A stretch of DNA of 64,000 bases from Cenococcum geophilum (taxonomy: Eukaryota), in assembly GCA_050273025.1 (NCBI GenBank), contig CP158635.1, positions 14,508,001-14,572,000 of the forward strand. The letters are read 5' to 3'. Position 1 is the stretch's first letter. The number at the start of each line of letters is the position of its first letter. The notes below the pieces were generated by a model. That model had not been told where the DNA came from. It did not search any database and saw nothing but the letters and a program-made list of their open reading frames with translations. Shown here piece by piece: positions 63,134-64,000 of the stretch. Position numbers and translations under genes: made by a program.

Positions 63134-64000
63134 GATTACTGTAATTGGCAGTAGAATTGAATAAGAGGTGGTTTCAATGAGATCATTATATAAGTAATGG
63201 TGCTTCAAAACAACACCAGGCAGAAGTGTCAGCCTAATGGTTACCGAGGGCGATGCTGATTAACCGGGTTAGACGGTTATGACTTAACGTGTCGGGCCAC
63301 CTTGTGCACGGACCAACATTGTGCAAACCACCTGAAATACCATAAAATATTAATATAGAGCCTCTTTTATATAATGATAAGGCTTTATACTACCCTAGTA
63401 ATATTATGATGCTATGCGATGCTTTGTACTAGTATGCCGACTGTCATAACCCTATCGCTCACGTTATGGGCGCGCGACCGTCGCGCACTGATGCAGATGT
63501 AAACAAGTCAACCCCACGTGATGTTCTAACCTGAACAGGAAGGAGCGAAGCCTGCTTAGGAAGGGTGTGTATGCGTAGCAATTCGGGGGTGTACGATGAG
63601 CAGCGCCCTATATAAGTTCTAAATACAGCGATACCCCTGATATTACGACACGCTTGGGCTGAACAAACGGTATTGTACTAAAGAGGTTTTACTGTAATAG
63701 CTATCTCGGCCCTGCTGCGCATGTTTTGTATACCGCCGAAACACATTCAAATGACGTATATTTATCATGGTTGAAAAGGTGGTGAACGATATCGGAATCC
63801 CTTAATCAGCGCAAAGGTCAAGATATTGAGGGTATCGAGTAAGGGGCTTGAAGTTGAAATATCAACAGGAGGTTCGAAAATGAGTTCCGATTCCAATGGT
63901 CTGAATAATTCGACGTTGCTTAAAGGTTGTCAATAATACGAAGCTTACTACATTCTCAAAGCCTCTCTCAACCACCCGAGAATCCCCACGCCAACCGCGC

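Noticed and set aside
63134..63208. 25-codon N-terminal extension of the F-box ORF
   Set aside because: The MDSQ start places the F-box at the usual N-terminal position; the upstream ATG is possible but unsupported.
1..64000. Starship giant transposon carrying the three intact genes
   Set aside because: No recognisable DUF3435 tyrosine-recombinase captain or boundary motifs; PARP and F-box look like core genes. A RIPed captain cannot be fully excluded without an HMM search.

Overview
Fungal (filamentous ascomycete-type) genomic window. About 57 kb is an AT-rich, TpA-enriched graveyard of nested transposons with the C-to-T/G-to-A signature of repeat-induced point mutation (RIP). It contains several Ty3/Gypsy (chromovirus-like) LTR families, one Ty1/Copia, Tad1-like LINEs, a piggyBac, a Fot1/pogo element, Tc1/pogo/hAT-type MITEs and two non-autonomous mini-LTR elements. 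Three intact, intron-containing host genes are present: a Pth11-like (fungal rhodopsin-domain) membrane protein isolated inside the TE block (15275-16530, -), a BRCT-WGR-PARP poly(ADP-ribose) polymerase (58843-60986, +) and a convergent F-box protein (61634-63133, -). Three observations stand out. First, a 446-bp, un-RIPed TRIM has identical 101-bp LTRs and a perfect 14-nt Tf1-like self-priming signal, a signature also visible in four other LTR families here. Second, a RIP-destroyed Argonaute/PIWI-like gene appears only after nested insertions are removed (about 17950-26850). Third, a four-deep insertion stack inside that relic has readable target-site duplications at every level. All protein identifications in RIPed DNA come from manual translation and motif recognition, not database searches.
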